From the NCBI GenBank assembly GCA_001662655.1, contig KV460242.1: a stretch of DNA of 64,000 nucleotides. One strand, 5' to 3'. Of the stretch, positions 61,381-64,000 are shown one piece after another (the stretch's first letter is position 1; each line of letters opens with the position of its first letter). Source of the stretch: Pseudogymnoascus verrucosus (Eukaryota). The position numbers and the translations under genes were made by a program. The notes beneath the pieces are model-generated. The model had not been told where the DNA came from. It saw only the letters and a program-made list of their open reading frames with translations, and ran no database searches.

Positions 61381-64000
61381 TTACATTTTCCCTGGCGTCT
61401 CAGGGACCTCCCAGATATCATCCTCCCTCTTCGTCTCGCTGCCACTGATTTGCCTCTTCACTGCAAACGGAATAGCGCCGGTGCTCGAGAAGACAGGAAG
61501 ATCGCCCCTCTTCGCTGGGCTCATGGCGGGCGTTGCGGTGTTGGGCTCCAACCACTTCAGCTTCTCGTCCCGTGGGCCAGCTTTGGGAGTCGGGCCTTCG
61601 GGTTGGTAAGGGATGAAGACATTGCTCGATGGAGCTGCGGCTTGTGGATGCGGTGGTGTGGTGGATGTGAAGGTACGAGCAGTAGACACGGATGAAGATC
61701 TTCGGAGAGATCTGGGCGGCGAGCTCGTGGGAAGAGGAGCTGATGTGGCTACCTGTAGCTGCTGGAGGCGGTCGGCGATGGAGGGGTGGGGGGTTAAAGG
61801 CTCAGGGGTTGGCGGTGGGAGTTCGCTCATGTAAGAACCCGTCCGGGACAGTGGCTGTCTAGGTGGTGTTCCCGGTTGGCCAAATTGAGGCAGCTCGGGA
61901 ATCCCATGAGCTGTCTGAGATGCTGTCACAGCCGCATCGGATGGTGGCGGTGCTGAGGCATTTGGTGCTGGCATATTAGCTACTGCGGCCGCTGCTGCTG
62001 CCTTGGCGTCACGTTGTGCCTTCGTCGTAAGATTTATCTTGACCTTCTTCATGCCGGCTGTCAAACTATCGATGTCTGCATCAGCTGAAGCAGCGGGGGC
62101 ATTCGTTGGCTGTTGCGCAGAAGTTTGTCGCTGACGGGCCTCGGCAGCGGTATTGGAAGCAGATGCTCTAGGCTTGGTAGCAACAGATGCCCTTGAAGCG
62201 GCACGGGCTGTCTTTGGCGCATCACGAGAACTAGCCGGAGCTCTGGTTTTCTTAACGGGTATGGAGGGGCCTCTCGAGCTTGCAGTCGTATTGGGCAGAA
62301 TGCAACTTTGTGAGCTGCCTGGACGGATTGGAAGAGAGGGTTGAGATGCCACCCGAGCGCCACTCAACGCAGTTGCACTTGCTGGTTCCGTTGCAGCAGA
62401 GCTGTTTGATATGAGACTAAGCCTCCTGCTCGACTGCTTGGTAGCCTGCTTATAGCTAGGTTCAGGCTTCGGAACGCTACGTGCAGCTGCCTTGTCGGTG
62501 GCCAATACCGCAGCACCAGCAACGGTTCTCCTGCGGCTGGTTCGTGCCACAGCCTCCGCCTTTTTCTCCTCAGCCGCCTTATCGACTGGCTTGGGCGCCT
62601 TTCGTTCTCTGAGGCTCATTCGAGTGCTTGGTGTTATGTCAGGGGTAGTGCCAGTGGATGTCGGGGGTGTGAGTAGAGACTGGCGGTCGCGCCTGACACG
62701 TGTTGCCTCAGCTGACAGTTCATCAGGCTTGCAGCTCATCGTTTGTCTGTCTGTTGGTATAAGAAGTTTGCTCAATTCATGTGTTGCCGTAGCCCAGCCA
62801 ACCTCAGGAGCAGGTGGAGAAGGAGGCCGGGTAGGAGGCCTCGGTGACCCGCCATTAAAATAATTGGAGGACGAGCGCCTTAGCTTCGGTGATTCTGCAA
62901 TCTTTGCATTGGACGCCTGGGTTGGCGAGAAGTATGTTGGCGGAGAGCTGCTCTTGACTTTCTTTGGCTCCGGAGGTGGGGGAGGGTGGACAATCGAATC
63001 CAGCAGCTCTAGCTGTGATAATCCCCACCACGACGGGTCGTAGGCTAGCTTAACTTGATTATCCAGATCCTCAGTCTTCAGGCCCAATGCACCGGCGCGC
63101 TGGGCAATTTCAAATCCCAGACCAGATGGATCGACCGGTCTCTCAACCACATCGGGATCAGAGCCGGCAAGGCCACTGATATGGCTGAGAACGCCACTCG
63201 CCAATGCGCGGTTACTGTACCCACCCTCCAGTACACTTATAATGCGGCCATCGACCGAACAACCCTCCTCTCCTGCGATCCTCTTCACATCGCGCGTAAG
63301 ACGCGCATAGAATTCTGTTGGGACATTGACTTTATGGCGTTGCATACCAGAGCTTTCCCACTCGCTTGCATCGAAGCCAGCAGAGAGGAATATGGCAGCC
63401 TTGGGCTTCAGTGCTGACTGAGACTCGCGGATACGGTCTGTCTGCCCGCGCAGGTATAGCCTCGTCTTCTCCAGTAGAACCATGTACTTCGTCTCATAAA
63501 GGTGCCAGAATTCAGCCTCGCTCTTCCAGGGCTGGAGGTGAACATTCCAGATGTTTTGGCCATGCGCATTGTCAATGCAGATACTGGCATTTTTGACTTT
63601 CTCCTCATCGCCCATCTCACAAGGATAGGAGTTGATATCGTGAAGACTGAAGTACCCAATAGAGGTCTTCTTCCACGCCGCTGCATTCTTAGGTAAGGTT
63701 GTTGCACGAGAGTTGTGTGCCCATGCTATGGCCTGCGACCCGTCGCCATGGTGGAGATCAAAATCGATAATCGCGGCATGTGTGAGTCCATGGGTTAGCG
63801 CTGCATGAGCAATTCCAACATGTACGTTGTTCAACCAACAGAACCCTGATGGGTAACTGGCTGCACAGTGATGGCCTGGAGGTCGAATCACAACAAACGC
63901 TTGCTTGGGGCCCTTTCCATTTTGTGAACCATTGAAGACTGTATCCACTCCTTCGCAGACAGCTCCCAGAGCGCCTTCCATCGCGTTTAATGACTCGGCG
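61381..64000 (-). CDS. hos3: Histone deacetylase Hos3/HosB, 5'-truncated by the window edge
   Basis: AFVVIRPPGHHC, SGFCWLNNVHVG, IIDFDLHHGDGSQ, FSLHDINSYPCE, SAGFDASEWE, SVLEGGYS; long low-complexity C-terminus. Confidence 0.92.
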   Translation of the reverse strand, partial: AESLNAMEGALGAVCEGVDTVFNGSQNGKGPKQAFVVIRPPGHHCAASYPSGFCWLNNVHVGIAHAALTHGLTHAAIIDFDLHHGDGSQAIAWAHNSRATTLPKNAAAWKKTSIGYFSLHDINSYPCEMGDEEKVKNASICIDNAHGQNIWNVHLQPWKSEAEFWHLYETKYMVLLEKTRLYLRGQTDRIRESQSALKPKAAIFLSAGFDASEWESSGMQRHKVNVPTEFYARLTRDVKRIAGEEGCSVDGRIISVLEGGYSNRALASGVLSHISGLAGSDPDVVERPVDPSGLGFEIAQRAGALGLKTEDLDNQVKLAYDPSWWGLSQLELLDSIVHPPPPPEPKKVKSSSPPTYFSPTQASNAKIAESPKLRRSSSNYFNGGSPRPPTRPPSPPAPEVGWATATHELSKLLIPTDRQTMSCKPDELSAEATRVRRDRQSLLTPPTSTGTTPDITPSTRMSLRERKAPKPVDKAAEEKKAEAVARTSRRRTVAGAAVLATDKAAARSVPKPEPSYKQATKQSSRRLSLISNSSAATEPASATALSGARVASQPSLPIRPGSSQSCILPNTTASSRGPSIPVKKTRAPASSRDAPKTARAASRASVATKPRASASNTAAEARQRQTSAQQPTNAPAASADADIDSLTAGMKKVKINLTTKAQRDAKAAAAAAVANMPAPNASAPPPSDAAVTASQTAHGIPELPQFGQPGTPPRQPLSRTGSYMSELPPPTPEPLTPHPSIADRLQQLQVATSAPLPTSSPPRSLRRSSSVSTARTFTSTTPPHPQAAAPSSNVFIPYQPEGPTPKAGPRDEKLKWLEPNTATPAMSPAKRGDLPVFSSTGAIPFAVKRQISGSETKREDDIWEVPETPGKM

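Overview
Intron-containing genomic DNA of a filamentous ascomycete (GT-AG introns with CTRAC branch points, a Zn2Cys6 factor, RIP-type mutated repeats). The left ~27 kb is accessory-like: chitin synthase 3' end, DUF1993, tRNA-Arg(CCT), AIF/AMID oxidoreductase, Zn2Cys6 TF, secreted GMC oxidoreductase, MFS sugar porter, chromate (CHR) transporter, an AT-rich nested transposon island, a PDR-type ABC transporter and an intronless GH94 cellobionate phosphorylase. The right ~37 kb holds mostly core-type genes: AAA ATPase, a large RRM-like orphan, a Myb-like protein, AcpS-type PPTase, DUF1774, Lap1, R3H-assoc, SNG1, an APH kinase, Swi6/Cdc10, a LYR protein, an Ats1 GNAT and Hos3 HDAC. The most notable structure is an intact chromate transporter gene enclosed by ~325-bp inverted copies of a Fot1/pogo-like transposon end. 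This looks like a composite, cargo-carrying DNA transposon whose right arm was later hit by a solo LTR, locally inverted and RIP-mutated. Beside it is a hAT-like element carrying a full-length Fot1-like insertion. All alignments and gene models were made by eye, and exon boundaries are predictions.
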